From: an uncultured Candidatus Peribacteria bacterium
GTDB taxonomy: Bacteria > Patescibacteriota > Gracilibacteria > UM-FILTER-43-11
DNA length: 35,027 bases
Direction of reading: 5' to 3'
Assembly (NCBI GenBank): GCA_964538225.1
Contig: CAZIDW010000003.1
Coordinates: 1 to 35,027 of the forward strand
The number at the start of each line of letters is the position of its first letter. The stretch's first letter is position 1. Positions 7,776 to 18,514 of this stretch are shown here, piece after piece. The position numbers and the translations under genes were made by a program. The notes beneath the pieces are model-generated. The model was not told the origin of the DNA and ran no database searches. It saw only the letters and a list, made by a program, of their open reading frames with translations.

Positions 7776-10121
7776 ATGTTTTCCCGTGTTTCCAAAGGAC
7801 TTATCTTTATCATTATCGCCTCTATCCTGATGGGGGTGATAGCCCTGCCCTATTCCGTTAAATCCACCTGGCCGGACAACAAGCTGGTCAACTTTTTCGA
7901 AAACCCGAAAATCACCCTGGGGCTCGACCTGCAGGGCGGAACCCAGCTGGATTACCGCATCGATCTGAGGAACGCGCACGCGAAAAACGAAGACGATGAC
8001 AAGGCCAACGATGTGCGCATCAAAGACATTGTCGAGGGCGTGCGCACTACCATCGAACGCCGGGTGAACCGTTTGGGGGTCTCCGAGCCGCAGATCTACC
8101 TTTCCAACGTGGCGGATGAACAGCACATCATCGTGGAGCTGGCCGGCATCAAGGATATCGAGGAGGCTAAGCGCGTAGTGGGCAAGACCATCCAGCTCGA
8201 ATTCAAGGAAAAAAAGACGGAAATGGATCCGGATGAAAAGGAAAAGGTAAAAGCACAGGCCACAGCCACACTGGAAAAGGTGCTGGCGTCCGGTGCAGAT
8301 TTCCGGGAAATCGCTTTAACCACCCAGACCAGCGATAAAAAAATCGATTTCCGGGAAAACCAGACCACATGGGAATCCGAACTGCCGGCACGCCATAAAG
8401 ACTTACTGCCCGCGATGGAACCAGACACTGTCCATCCGGAACTCATTGAAGGAACGGATGGTTATGTGGTCGGTGAAAGCGGCCAACTGACCGAACAAAA
8501 AGGCCTTTACCTGCTGCAGTTCCTCGGCAAAGAAACAAAGGAACGCACCAAATCCGTCACCAAATCCTTCCGTGAGGTAACGGAAGCGTTCGATAAACTG
8601 CGCGACACGGAAAACTTTAAAAAACGTTCTGACTTTCCGGAACATGTGGCGGACATCCTGTGGGCGACGCCTGTTAATGAACTGACGAGCGTCATCGAAG
8701 TGGAAGATGAACTGAAAGTGTACGAAGTGCTGGCCAAAGACGAAGGAAAAGGCGAAGTGAAGGCCAGCCATATCCTGATCGCCTACCAGGGCGCAGAACG
8801 GGCTGCGGAAAATGTGACCCGCACGAAAGCGGAGGCGGAACAGGAAGTCAGCGACTTATTAAAACAAATCAATGACAATCCGAATCGCTTTGAAGAATTG
8901 GCCAAAAAGCATTCAGATTGCTCATCAGCAGCCAGTGGAGGGGATCTGGGCTTTTTCGGTACCGGGCAGATGACCCCGGCTTTTGAAGACGCGGCGTTCG
9001 CGCTGGACGTGGGCGAAGTTTCGGACGTGGTGGAAACGGAATTCGGTTATCACATCATCAAGACTGCTGACAAAAAAGGCGGGGATGAGACGGTTTCGGT
9101 AGCCGTTCTGACCCTGCCGGACACCGAGGCAAACCGCGCCAAACTGGAAGAAGAGCTGGCTCTCACGGAACCGCATGAGGTAACTGTTGAGGAAACCGAA
9201 TACAATTATCACGAGCTATTTTTCGACCTGACACCTGACCCCTGGAAATCCACAGGACTGGATGGCGCGCATTTCAAGCATGCCACGGTGACGTACAACC
9301 AATTAGGCGCGCCCCAGGTGAGTATCGAGTTCGACAGCGAAGGATCGGACATGTTTGCCGACATCACTGATCGCCTGGTAGGAAAGCCACTGGCCATCTT
9401 TGTCGGCGGGGAACTGATTTCCGCGCCGAATGTGAATGAAAAGATCAGCGGAGGCGCGGCTGTGATCACAGGCAATTATTCCATCCGGGAAGCGCTCCAG
9501 CTGGCCACCGACTTAAACACCGGCGCCATTGACGCCCCGGTCATCCTGACCGGCCAGCACACCATCAGCGCCACTTTGGGGGAAAGCGCACTGCGCGTAT
9601 CACTCCTGGCTGGCCTGATCGGCCTGATCGGCCTGGCGCTTTATATGATCCTCTGTTATCGGCTGATGGGTGTGTTCGCTGTCCTGGCGCTTATCATCTA
9701 CTCTATTATCATCATCTTCATTCTGAAGGTTACCGGCATTGTGATGACACTGGCGGGCATCGCCGGCATCATCCTGTCTATCGGTATGGCGGTGGATGCG
9801 AACATCCTGATTTTCGAGCGCACCAAAGAAGAGCTTAATTCCGGCAAGGGTTTTCAGGCGGCTGTCATCACCGGTTTTGAACGCGCCTGGTCCTCTATTC
9901 GGGATTCCAATGTCTCTTCTCTTATCACCTGCGCCATCCTGTGGTTCTTTGGAAATTCCATCATCCGGGGATTTGCCCTGATGCTGGCTATCGGTATTCT
10001 GATTTCCATGTTCACGGCCATTACCGTGACGCGCCAGTTCCTGAAGACTCTGCCCGGCACCCGCTTGGCCAAAAACCGCTTCTTATTGGGAACGAAGGAA
10101 ATCGAGTCCATTAACCGATAA
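7776..10121 (+). CDS. secD: protein translocase subunit SecD with inserted parvulin PPIase domain
   Basis: 781 aa; LGLDLQGG, RRVN.LGVSEP, GMAVDANILIFER, AWSSIRDSN, RGFA; internal KASHILI...SAASGGDLGFF...FEDAAFAL...ETEFGYHII. Confidence 0.95.
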   Translation: MFSRVSKGLIFIIIASILMGVIALPYSVKSTWPDNKLVNFFENPKITLGLDLQGGTQLDYRIDLRNAHAKNEDDDKANDVRIKDIVEGVRTTIERRVNRLGVSEPQIYLSNVADEQHIIVELAGIKDIEEAKRVVGKTIQLEFKEKKTEMDPDEKEKVKAQATATLEKVLASGADFREIALTTQTSDKKIDFRENQTTWESELPARHKDLLPAMEPDTVHPELIEGTDGYVVGESGQLTEQKGLYLLQFLGKETKERTKSVTKSFREVTEAFDKLRDTENFKKRSDFPEHVADILWATPVNELTSVIEVEDELKVYEVLAKDEGKGEVKASHILIAYQGAERAAENVTRTKAEAEQEVSDLLKQINDNPNRFEELAKKHSDCSSAASGGDLGFFGTGQMTPAFEDAAFALDVGEVSDVVETEFGYHIIKTADKKGGDETVSVAVLTLPDTEANRAKLEEELALTEPHEVTVEETEYNYHELFFDLTPDPWKSTGLDGAHFKHATVTYNQLGAPQVSIEFDSEGSDMFADITDRLVGKPLAIFVGGELISAPNVNEKISGGAAVITGNYSIREALQLATDLNTGAIDAPVILTGQHTISATLGESALRVSLLAGLIGLIGLALYMILCYRLMGVFAVLALIIYSIIIIFILKVTGIVMTLAGIAGIILSIGMAVDANILIFERTKEELNSGKGFQAAVITGFERAWSSIRDSNVSSLITCAILWFFGNSIIRGFALMLAIGILISMFTAITVTRQFLKTLPGTRLAKNRFLLGTKEIESINR

Positions 10122-10123
10122 AG

Positions 10124-10302
10124 CTGATTGGTAGCTGACATCTGACACCTGACAGCTGACATCTGATTGACATCTAATCAACAGCAGTACGCATGTGCGC
10201 ACCTGTGTAGGCCTGAAAGGCCGCGCACTCGCGCACCATAAATAATCAAATAATCAGCAATCCATTAGCAAGTCGATTAGCAATCCATTAGAAGTCCATC
10301 AG
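10124..10302. repeat. composite repeat: NCTGACA heptamers, GC-rich hairpin, agcaatccatt repeats
   Basis: 4 NCTGACA units at 10134-10161; ggcct-gaa-aggcc hairpin at 10210-10222; 11-12-mer repeats at 10256-10300; both repeat modules are shared with 4758-4876. Confidence 0.85.
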
Positions 10303-10307
10303 TAATT

Positions 10308-10829
10308 ATGAATCTCAGCAAAAGCCTCCAACAGCAACTCGACGAACACATCCCCAAGCGCGAACAGCCGGCCTTTATGGAATTGGCGATCAAGACCCAG
10401 CTCCGCAAACACCAGGCGGCAAACGCGGACAGCGTGGATGTGTATGTGGATGGCGGGGCGCGTGGCAATCCTGGTCCGGCCGGCGGAGGGTTCGCGGTTT
10501 TTCGGGGCGGGGAAAAACTGCTGGAAGGTTCCGAGTTTTACGGTGAAAAAACCAACAACCAGGCGGAATATCTGGCTTTACGGACAGCGCTCCGGGAGGT
10601 GTTCAACCGTTTTCCGGACTCATCCATCCACTGTTTTATGGACAGCCAGCTGGTGGTGGAGCAAATGAACGGCAATTATAAGGTAAAAAACGAAAACATC
10701 CGTCCGATTTTTGAAGAAGTCCAGCGGATTGCGGGGCAGTTTAAAAATTTCCGAATCAAACACGTCGAACGCGGACAGAATAAGCTGGCGGATAAACTGG
10801 CCAATCAGGCGATGAATCGCGGCGCTTAA
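10308..10829 (+). CDS. rnhA: ribonuclease HI family protein with N-terminal extension
   Basis: YVDGGARGNPGPAG, TNNQAEY, DSQLVVEQMNG.YKVK, HV.R..N..AD.LAN. Confidence 0.92.
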   Translation: MNLSKSLQQQLDEHIPKREQPAFMELAIKTQLRKHQAANADSVDVYVDGGARGNPGPAGGGFAVFRGGEKLLEGSEFYGEKTNNQAEYLALRTALREVFNRFPDSSIHCFMDSQLVVEQMNGNYKVKNENIRPIFEEVQRIAGQFKNFRIKHVERGQNKLADKLANQAMNRGA

Positions 10830-10846
10830 ATGCGCCTTAATTTTAC

Positions 10847-10953
10847 ATTTCTGATTTGTGATTTCTGATTGTATTTTTTTATTTGTACATTTAAAAATAC
10901 CAAATGAATAAATACTGATTCAAATCAGAAATCTGAAATCTGAAATCTTAAAT
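10847..10953. repeat. heptamer-array palindrome (ATTTCTG/CAGAAAT family) between convergent rnhA and trxA
   Basis: atttctg-atttgtg-atttctg ... aaatcag-aaatctg-aaatctg-aaatctt. Confidence 0.85.
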
Positions 10954-10962
10954 GAGCAATTT

Positions 10963-11286
10963 TTAGGAGTTTTTTTCTACCACTTCCATAAGCTGGTCTT
11001 TTTGGTGGACACCCACCATTTCATCGACCACTTCGCCGTTTTTAAAAACTTTGAGTGCAGGAATACTCATCACGCCGTACTGGGTGGCGAGCTCGGTATT
11101 TTCATCCACATTCACCTTAAAGACTTTCACCTTTCCCCCTTCTGAATCAACCAATTCATCCAGAATAGGCCCCTGTGTCTGGCACGGGCCGCACCAGGGC
11201 GCCCAGAAATCCACCAGGACCGGTGTGTCTTTAACATCTAAAACATCTGACTGGAACGTATCGCTACTCGTTTCTTGTGCTGGCAT
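10963..11286 (-). CDS. trxA: thioredoxin
   Basis: 107 aa; VDFWAPWCGPC, SIP cis-Pro motif. Confidence 0.96.
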   Translation of the reverse strand: MPAQETSSDTFQSDVLDVKDTPVLVDFWAPWCGPCQTQGPILDELVDSEGGKVKVFKVNVDENTELATQYGVMSIPALKVFKNGEVVDEMVGVHQKDQLMEVVEKNS

Positions 11287-11387
11287 AATAAAACGTTTTA
11301 AAAATTAAAGTTATAAAGTTATATAAAGAGGATACAAAAAGTCTGCCAGTTTTTCAAGTTCACAGAACCTTCTTAATATCCCTTGAT

Positions 11388-11432
11388 AACAAAACCCCCT
11401 CAGCCATATGGGCTATAGGGGGCCTTGTTTTT
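11388..11432 (-). terminator. probable intrinsic terminator of HU (possibly bidirectional)
   Basis: ccccct-c-agcc-atatg-ggct-at-aggggg hairpin flanked by aacaaaa and ttgtttttt. Confidence 0.6.
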
Positions 11433-11473
11433 TGTTTTACTTAAAACGATTTAACGGATTCCGCCTGAGCGGA

Positions 11474-11749
11474 TTAGCGGATTGCGTCTTTCAGGCTTTT
11501 GCCGGCCTTGAAAGCAGGGATCTTCATAGCGGGGATCTTGATCTTCTGGGAGGGGTTCCGGGGGTTTACACCCGTGCGGGCAGCGCGTTTGCTCACGCGG
11601 AACGTGCCGAAACCGGTAATGGTGACACTTTTGCCTTTTTTAAGTTCTTTGGTAATAGAGTCGACGATAGCGTCTAAAGCAATGCCAGCGGTTTTTTTGG
11701 TAACACCGGCGCTGGACGCGATCGCGGCAATAAGATCTTGTTTAGTCAT
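11474..11749 (-). CDS. hup: DNA-binding protein HU
   Basis: 91 aa; MTKQDLI, GFGTF, R.ARTGVNP, P.FKAGK.LKD. Confidence 0.97.
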   Translation of the reverse strand: MTKQDLIAAIASSAGVTKKTAGIALDAIVDSITKELKKGKSVTITGFGTFRVSKRAARTGVNPRNPSQKIKIPAMKIPAFKAGKSLKDAIR

Positions 11750-12119
11750 AATAAAAAAAAATAAAAAAATAAAATCACTCGTTCGCCTGATTCTGAGGGC
11801 TTATACAGATACCGGCAGCCTATCGCGGGCGCTTACCGATACCCATCATACCTCTGATAAAAGCGAATAGTGCAAAGGCAGTATACTTAAGCGGGCCTGA
11901 GCCTGACAAGAGATTTTCCGCTTTATCTAGCGAAAAAGTCGGTTGATAAAATTTTGTATTCAGGTTTTATTCAGTATTTAAGCCAAAATCCGCGGATTTG
12001 ACGAAAATGCAAAAAAATTAGCAGAATTAATGTTAATTTGGGCTTATTTAAACGGAAGATTAACAATCTTTTTTTGGTGGCTTTACCTTTTTTTAGACAG
12101 CCTGATCTGTACAATTGAT

Positions 12120-12148
12120 TTGACAAGCCGCCCGCTTACCTGTAAATC
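12120..12148 (+). promoter_or_regulatory. candidate sigma70 promoter of topA
   Basis: TTGACA-N17-TAAATC, 30 nt before the ATG. Confidence 0.4.
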
Positions 12149-12177
12149 TTTCAGTTGTTAATCACCCCGCCAAACTT

Positions 12178-14406
12178 ATGAACCATGTTATTATTGTGGA
12201 ATCCCCGGCCAAAGCCAGGACGCTGAAAAATTTTCTGGGCGCCAAATATAACATCAAAGCGTCCATGGGCCATGTGCGGGATCTTCCTAAAAAAGAAATG
12301 GGCATTGACATCAAAAACGGATTCAAGCCGAATTACATTATCAGCCCCGACAAGAAAAAAATCGTCAAGGAACTGAAAACGCTTGTCCATAAATATAAGA
12401 ATACGATGGTATGGCTTGCCTCTGATGAGGATCGCGAAGGGGAAAGTATCGCTTGGCATCTGGCCCACGCGCTGGATCTGAAAAAAGACCATTACAAACG
12501 CATTGCGTTCCATGAGATCACCAAGCCGGCCATTCTGAACGCGCTGGACAATCCCCGGCCGATTGATTTTAACCTGGTGCACGCACAGCAGGCCCGCCGG
12601 ATCCTGGACCGGCTGGTGGGGTACAAACTGTCCCCTTTGCTGTGGACCAAGGTCCGCGCCGGACTGAGCGCTGGCCGCGTTCAGAGCGTAGCGGTCCGCC
12701 TGGTAGTGGAGCGCGAACGGGAAATCGAAGATTTCAAACCCGATGAATACTGGAAAATCGACACGGATCTGAAAGCGAAAAAGGGCAAATTTAACGCGGA
12801 ACTCAGCGCAATCAAAGGTAAAAAAGCCAGTGTTAAAAACAAAAAAGAGGCAGGCACTGTTTTAAAAGACCTGGCCAAGACCACTTACACAGTCAAAGAC
12901 CTTGCCATTAAGGCGGCCAAACGCTATCCCGCGCCGCCATTCATCACCAGCACCCTCCAGCAGGAAGCCTCGCGCAAGCTCGGTTTTTCCGTAAAACAGA
13001 CCATGGTCGTGGCTCAGCAGCTTTACGAAGGTATGGAGCACGGAAGACACCATACGGGTCTTATTACCTATATGAGGACCGATTCTTTTAACCTTTCCAA
13101 TGAATTTTTAAAAGCGGTTCCGGGTGTCATCAAAAAAAGGTACGGTCAGGAATATGTCCTCAGCAAACCGCGCTTTTTTACCAAAAAGACCAAAGGCGCC
13201 CAGGAAGCCCATGAGGCCATTCGGCCGACTGACCCCGCTAAAACACCCGACCAGCTGAAAGCGCATTTGGACCCTAACCAATATAAATTATATAAATTGA
13301 TCTGGGAGCGCACTATCGCCTCACAGATGCCGGAAGCCAAGTTGGATGTGACGACAGTGACGGTGGAAACAGGCAATGATTACACATTGACGGCCAAAGG
13401 CCAGGTTATCAAATCCCCCGGGTTCATGAAAGTATATGTGGAAGGGACCGACCATCCGGAAGAAGCGCTGGCAAACAAAGAGCGCATCCTGCCGCCCATT
13501 GAAAAAGGTGAGGTGTGTGGACTGATCAAAATCAATGACGAGCAGAAATTCACCCAGCCACCCGCGCGTTATACCGAAGCAACCTTGGTGAAGAAGATGG
13601 AATCCGAAGGCGTCGGCCGGCCATCCACTTACGCGCCGGTGATCTCCACCATCATCCAGCGGGGTTATGTGGAAAAACAAAAGGACAAAAAGCTGTACCC
13701 GCTGGAGATCGGTTTCATTGTGAACGATTTCCTGATGAAACATTTCAGGAACATCGTCAGCTATCATTTCACAGCCGATATGGAGAAAAAACTGGATGCC
13801 GTCGCTGAAGGCAACGTGAAATGGGAACCGGTCATCGAAGACTTTTACAAACCCTTTGAAAAGACACTGGAAGAAAAAAAGAAGACCATCAAAAAAACCG
13901 ATGTGCTAAAAGAAAAGACCGATGAAAAATGTGATGTCTGCGGCGCGCCCATGATCATCAAACTGGGTCGTAACGGAAAATTCCTCAGCTGTTCCAAATA
14001 TCCGGAATGCAAAAACGCCAAACCTCTTAAAGAAGACCGGAAAAGAGAAGAAGAGCTTCAAAAGGAATTCAAAGACGAGAAATGTGAAAAATGCGGATCG
14101 CCCATGGTGGTTAAAACCGGTAAATACGGGGATTTCCTGGCCTGCTCCGCGTATCCGAAATGCAAAACCACCCGCCCGCTGGCCCATGCTTTAAACGCGG
14201 AGTGCCCGAAATGCGGCGCTAAACTGGTTGAAAAACGCACCAAGCGGGGGAAAGTTTTTTACGGCTGTTCCAGTTACCCGAAATGCGATTTTGCCACCTG
14301 GCATAAACCCATCGACGACCCCTGCCCCGTTTGTAAAGGCCTTCAGGTACAGGCAAAAAAGAACCTCATCAAATGTGAAAAATGCGGAAAGGAAACGGAG
14401 ATCTAA
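12178..14406 (+). CDS. topA: DNA topoisomerase I with C-terminal zinc ribbons
   Basis: 742 aa; IVESPAKA, D.DREGE, SAGRVQS, ITYMRTDS, EAHEAIRPT, GRPSTY, repeated C4 zinc ribbons. Confidence 0.98.
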   Translation: MNHVIIVESPAKARTLKNFLGAKYNIKASMGHVRDLPKKEMGIDIKNGFKPNYIISPDKKKIVKELKTLVHKYKNTMVWLASDEDREGESIAWHLAHALDLKKDHYKRIAFHEITKPAILNALDNPRPIDFNLVHAQQARRILDRLVGYKLSPLLWTKVRAGLSAGRVQSVAVRLVVEREREIEDFKPDEYWKIDTDLKAKKGKFNAELSAIKGKKASVKNKKEAGTVLKDLAKTTYTVKDLAIKAAKRYPAPPFITSTLQQEASRKLGFSVKQTMVVAQQLYEGMEHGRHHTGLITYMRTDSFNLSNEFLKAVPGVIKKRYGQEYVLSKPRFFTKKTKGAQEAHEAIRPTDPAKTPDQLKAHLDPNQYKLYKLIWERTIASQMPEAKLDVTTVTVETGNDYTLTAKGQVIKSPGFMKVYVEGTDHPEEALANKERILPPIEKGEVCGLIKINDEQKFTQPPARYTEATLVKKMESEGVGRPSTYAPVISTIIQRGYVEKQKDKKLYPLEIGFIVNDFLMKHFRNIVSYHFTADMEKKLDAVAEGNVKWEPVIEDFYKPFEKTLEEKKKTIKKTDVLKEKTDEKCDVCGAPMIIKLGRNGKFLSCSKYPECKNAKPLKEDRKREEELQKEFKDEKCEKCGSPMVVKTGKYGDFLACSAYPKCKTTRPLAHALNAECPKCGAKLVEKRTKRGKVFYGCSSYPKCDFATWHKPIDDPCPVCKGLQVQAKKNLIKCEKCGKETEI

Positions 14407-14437
14407 TTTCAGATTTCTGATTTCAGATTTCAAATTT
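14407..14437. repeat. TTTCAGA heptamer array directly after the topA stop
   Basis: tttcaga-tttctga-tttcaga-tttcaaa. Confidence 0.85.
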
Positions 14438-14557
14438 TTGTTGTATCGCCCGTTCTCCGTAGTATATGCTGGTGCGCACTATTTTGTTCATTGTAAATTA
14501 AGCGCAATACGCTATATACTAAAGAGGATGAATTATGTCGTCGTTTCGTTATATCGT
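14438..14557 (+). repeat. 120-bp dispersed hairpin element, copy 1
   Basis: 114/120 identical to the reverse complement of 30460-30579; identical 83-bp core. Confidence 0.95.
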
Positions 14558-14565
14558 TTAGTTCA

Positions 14566-16245
14566 ATGAGTAAAAACCTTCTGCTGAAAAAATTACTGGA
14601 ACGCAAAAAGACCAAAAGCGCGGTGCTGGACCGACTGCTTTTCGGAATCCTGGGGCTCGGCTTTCTGATGATGATCGCTTTTTTTATTTACCTGGTCTGG
14701 TTTACCCTCAGCAACCGGAGCGTTACCTATTTACTGCCCGCGGAAAAGACCGTGGCGTATTTTGAGCTGGAAGACCTGACCCTTCCCCCGCGCCTTGAAC
14801 AGCAGACGGTCTTTGACCTTTTAGGGCTCAACGTGGTGCTTGAGCAGACATTCCAGCTGACCATGGAGGATCTGAAAGGGCAATTGTCTTACGGCCGGCT
14901 GGGGCTGGCGCTCATCCAGAACACTGACGCCAAAAATAACTTAGTCCTGTTTTTCCGCACGCGCGGCCACAAACAGGCCCTGGCCTTTTTCGAAAATCTT
15001 GGCCTGGAAGGCGAAGCGCTGATGATCAGCGGGGATGATGATCTGCCGATTTATTCGTATCCGCAAAGCAAACGCTTTGCCTTCAGTTTTATCGGCCCGT
15101 ACCTTTTTATCGCTGAAAATCCTTCTACTCTGGAAAATATCCAGTCGGTGTATAACAATGAAGACCAGGACCTCAACGCGGATCCGGATTACCGGAAATC
15201 TCTGGCCAACCTTCCCCGGCAGGCATGGGGGCATGGTTATTTGGATGTGAAAGCGCTGCGCTTTGGCGATACCCATCCTCTGCGCCAGGTAACGGAACCC
15301 CTTCAGCACATCACGGACCATCTGGCGCTGAGCATCCAGAAGGAGTACAACGGGTTCCATTTCAACACACTCCTGTCGCTTGACCCTGAACTGCTCGCGC
15401 TGAAAAAAGGTTATACGGATTCGACCCGTTTCGCTTATAGTCTGGCGGATTTTTTGGGGGGTCAGCACACGGCTGTTTATATCGGCGGAGCAAACCTGAG
15501 TGATGAATGGCAGAACACGCTGGAGACCATCAGCCAGCTCAACCCGGCCTACGGCATCATCCTGGAAGGAATCATACGGGCGCAGGTAGGCCAAATCTTC
15601 GGGGAGGACGTCAGCCTGCGGAATGATATCTATCCGCTGTTCGGAGGGGAATACGCCCTGGCCTTTGAGCACCTGGAAGACGGCCTGACCGGTATCAAGC
15701 TCATCCTTAAGCACCATGACCGTTCATTCGCGAAAACCAAACTGCAAAAACTGCTGGAGGGTTTCCAGACTCTGGCCGCCCAATTCGCTCCGCGCCTTAA
15801 GGAATTCACCCTGCCGGACGGCACAGAAAGCCGGGAACTGGTGGCGGATCCGTCCCGTCTGCATGAGACAGAAGAGACGTATCAAAATTATGAGATTCAC
15901 TGCCTGAATGTCCTGAATTCTGTTTATGGGTTCTGTTACACGGTGACCGATGAGCTCATCATCATGGCCAACCACCCAGAGTCGGTCAAAGAATCCATCG
16001 ACCTGAGCATCTCTCCCCGCTTTGTCCTGTCACAATCCCAGTCCTTCCGCCAGGCGCTGAGCAACCTGAGCGCGGTGAGCGATGAGATCACATTCATCGA
16101 GTTCAGCAACCTGCATCCGCTGTTTAAAAACACGCTGGCGGGAATATACACCCAAAATCTGCTCAGCTCTTTCGAGGCGGTTGCCTGGATCAAACATTAT
16201 TTCAATGACGGGGTGAGTACGGAAGGGTATCTTTTACTGAAGTAA
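14566..16245 (+). CDS. membrane-anchored DUF3352-like protein
   Basis: 559 aa; single N-terminal TM then LLPAEKTVAY; DI.PLFGGEYALA pattern; family assignment from recall. Confidence 0.65.
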   Translation: MSKNLLLKKLLERKKTKSAVLDRLLFGILGLGFLMMIAFFIYLVWFTLSNRSVTYLLPAEKTVAYFELEDLTLPPRLEQQTVFDLLGLNVVLEQTFQLTMEDLKGQLSYGRLGLALIQNTDAKNNLVLFFRTRGHKQALAFFENLGLEGEALMISGDDDLPIYSYPQSKRFAFSFIGPYLFIAENPSTLENIQSVYNNEDQDLNADPDYRKSLANLPRQAWGHGYLDVKALRFGDTHPLRQVTEPLQHITDHLALSIQKEYNGFHFNTLLSLDPELLALKKGYTDSTRFAYSLADFLGGQHTAVYIGGANLSDEWQNTLETISQLNPAYGIILEGIIRAQVGQIFGEDVSLRNDIYPLFGGEYALAFEHLEDGLTGIKLILKHHDRSFAKTKLQKLLEGFQTLAAQFAPRLKEFTLPDGTESRELVADPSRLHETEETYQNYEIHCLNVLNSVYGFCYTVTDELIIMANHPESVKESIDLSISPRFVLSQSQSFRQALSNLSAVSDEITFIEFSNLHPLFKNTLAGIYTQNLLSSFEAVAWIKHYFNDGVSTEGYLLLK

Positions 16246-16324
16246 AAAATCTCTGATTTTTTCTTCTCTTTTTTCCCTCTCGCCCCGGAATAAAAGAGTG
16301 TTACCTATAACAAACAAAAAATAA

Positions 16325-16352
16325 TTGACTTAGTGTTCAAGATTGCTAGAAT
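16325..16352 (+). promoter_or_regulatory. sigma70-type promoter of groESL
   Basis: TTGACT-N16-TAGAAT immediately before the CIRCE. Confidence 0.65.
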
Positions 16353-16355
16353 GAC

Positions 16356-16382
16356 TTAGCACTCAATTATTTTAAGTGCTAG
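16356..16382. promoter_or_regulatory. CIRCE element (HrcA operator)
   Basis: TTAGCACTC-N9-AAGTGCTAG versus consensus TTAGCACTC-N9-GAGTGCTAA, upstream of groES. Confidence 0.9.
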
Positions 16383-16406
16383 TTTTACCATTTAATCTCA
16401 TTATAT

Positions 16407-16697
16407 ATGAACATCAAACCTTTAAATGGTTATGTGGTGATCAAGCCTCTTGAGCAGGAGGAGATGACCAAAAGCGGAATCGTGATCCCGGATACCGCGA
16501 ATAAGGAGAAGCCCCAGGAAGGCGAAGTGGTGGCGGTAGCGGAAAAAAACATCAGCAGTAACGGCACGGACCTGCCTATCGAGATGAAGGTAGGCGATAA
16601 AGTGCTGTACGGCCGTTATTCCGGCGAAGATGTGAAAGTGGACGAAGTGGAATATAAGATCGTGGAGATGACATCGGTACGCGCTATTGTTGCGTAA
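16407..16697 (+). CDS. groES: co-chaperonin GroES
   Basis: 96 aa; IKPL, TKSGIVIPDTA.KEKPQEGEVVAV, KVGDKVLY. Confidence 0.97.
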   Translation: MNIKPLNGYVVIKPLEQEEMTKSGIVIPDTANKEKPQEGEVVAVAEKNISSNGTDLPIEMKVGDKVLYGRYSGEDVKVDEVEYKIVEMTSVRAIVA

Positions 16698-16783
16698 CTA
16701 CAGGTTGTGGTTTTAGTTGTAGCGGCTGGTCCAGCAGCCACAACCATAACCAAACCTTTCTTTATCACTTAAATTAAATTTAA

Positions 16784-18454
<1,671 letters not shown>

Positions 18455-18465
18455 AAATGGTATAA

Positions 18466-18500
18466 AGCAAAACGGCTCTGCATTGCGGAGCCGTTTTGCT
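18466..18500. terminator. intrinsic terminator after groEL
   Basis: 13-bp perfect stem agcaaaacggctc / gagccgttttgct. Confidence 0.85.
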
Positions 18501-18514
18501 AACTAAAATCTATC

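Noticed and set aside
11750-12177. ncRNA or tRNA in the long HU-topA spacer
   Set aside because: No cloverleaf or recognisable motif; consistent with divergent promoters.
14228-14569. Shared peptide LYRPFSVVYAGAHYFVHCKL in ORFs 14228-14569 and 30397-30579 as a duplicated gene
   Set aside because: Explained by the 120-bp DNA repeat; both ORFs overlap real genes out of frame and lack a common start. A leader peptide is not strictly excluded.
14941-15717. 258-aa minus-strand ORF and similar long antisense ORFs in secD, groEL, hydA and asnS
   Set aside because: Shadows of well-supported genes; no motifs.
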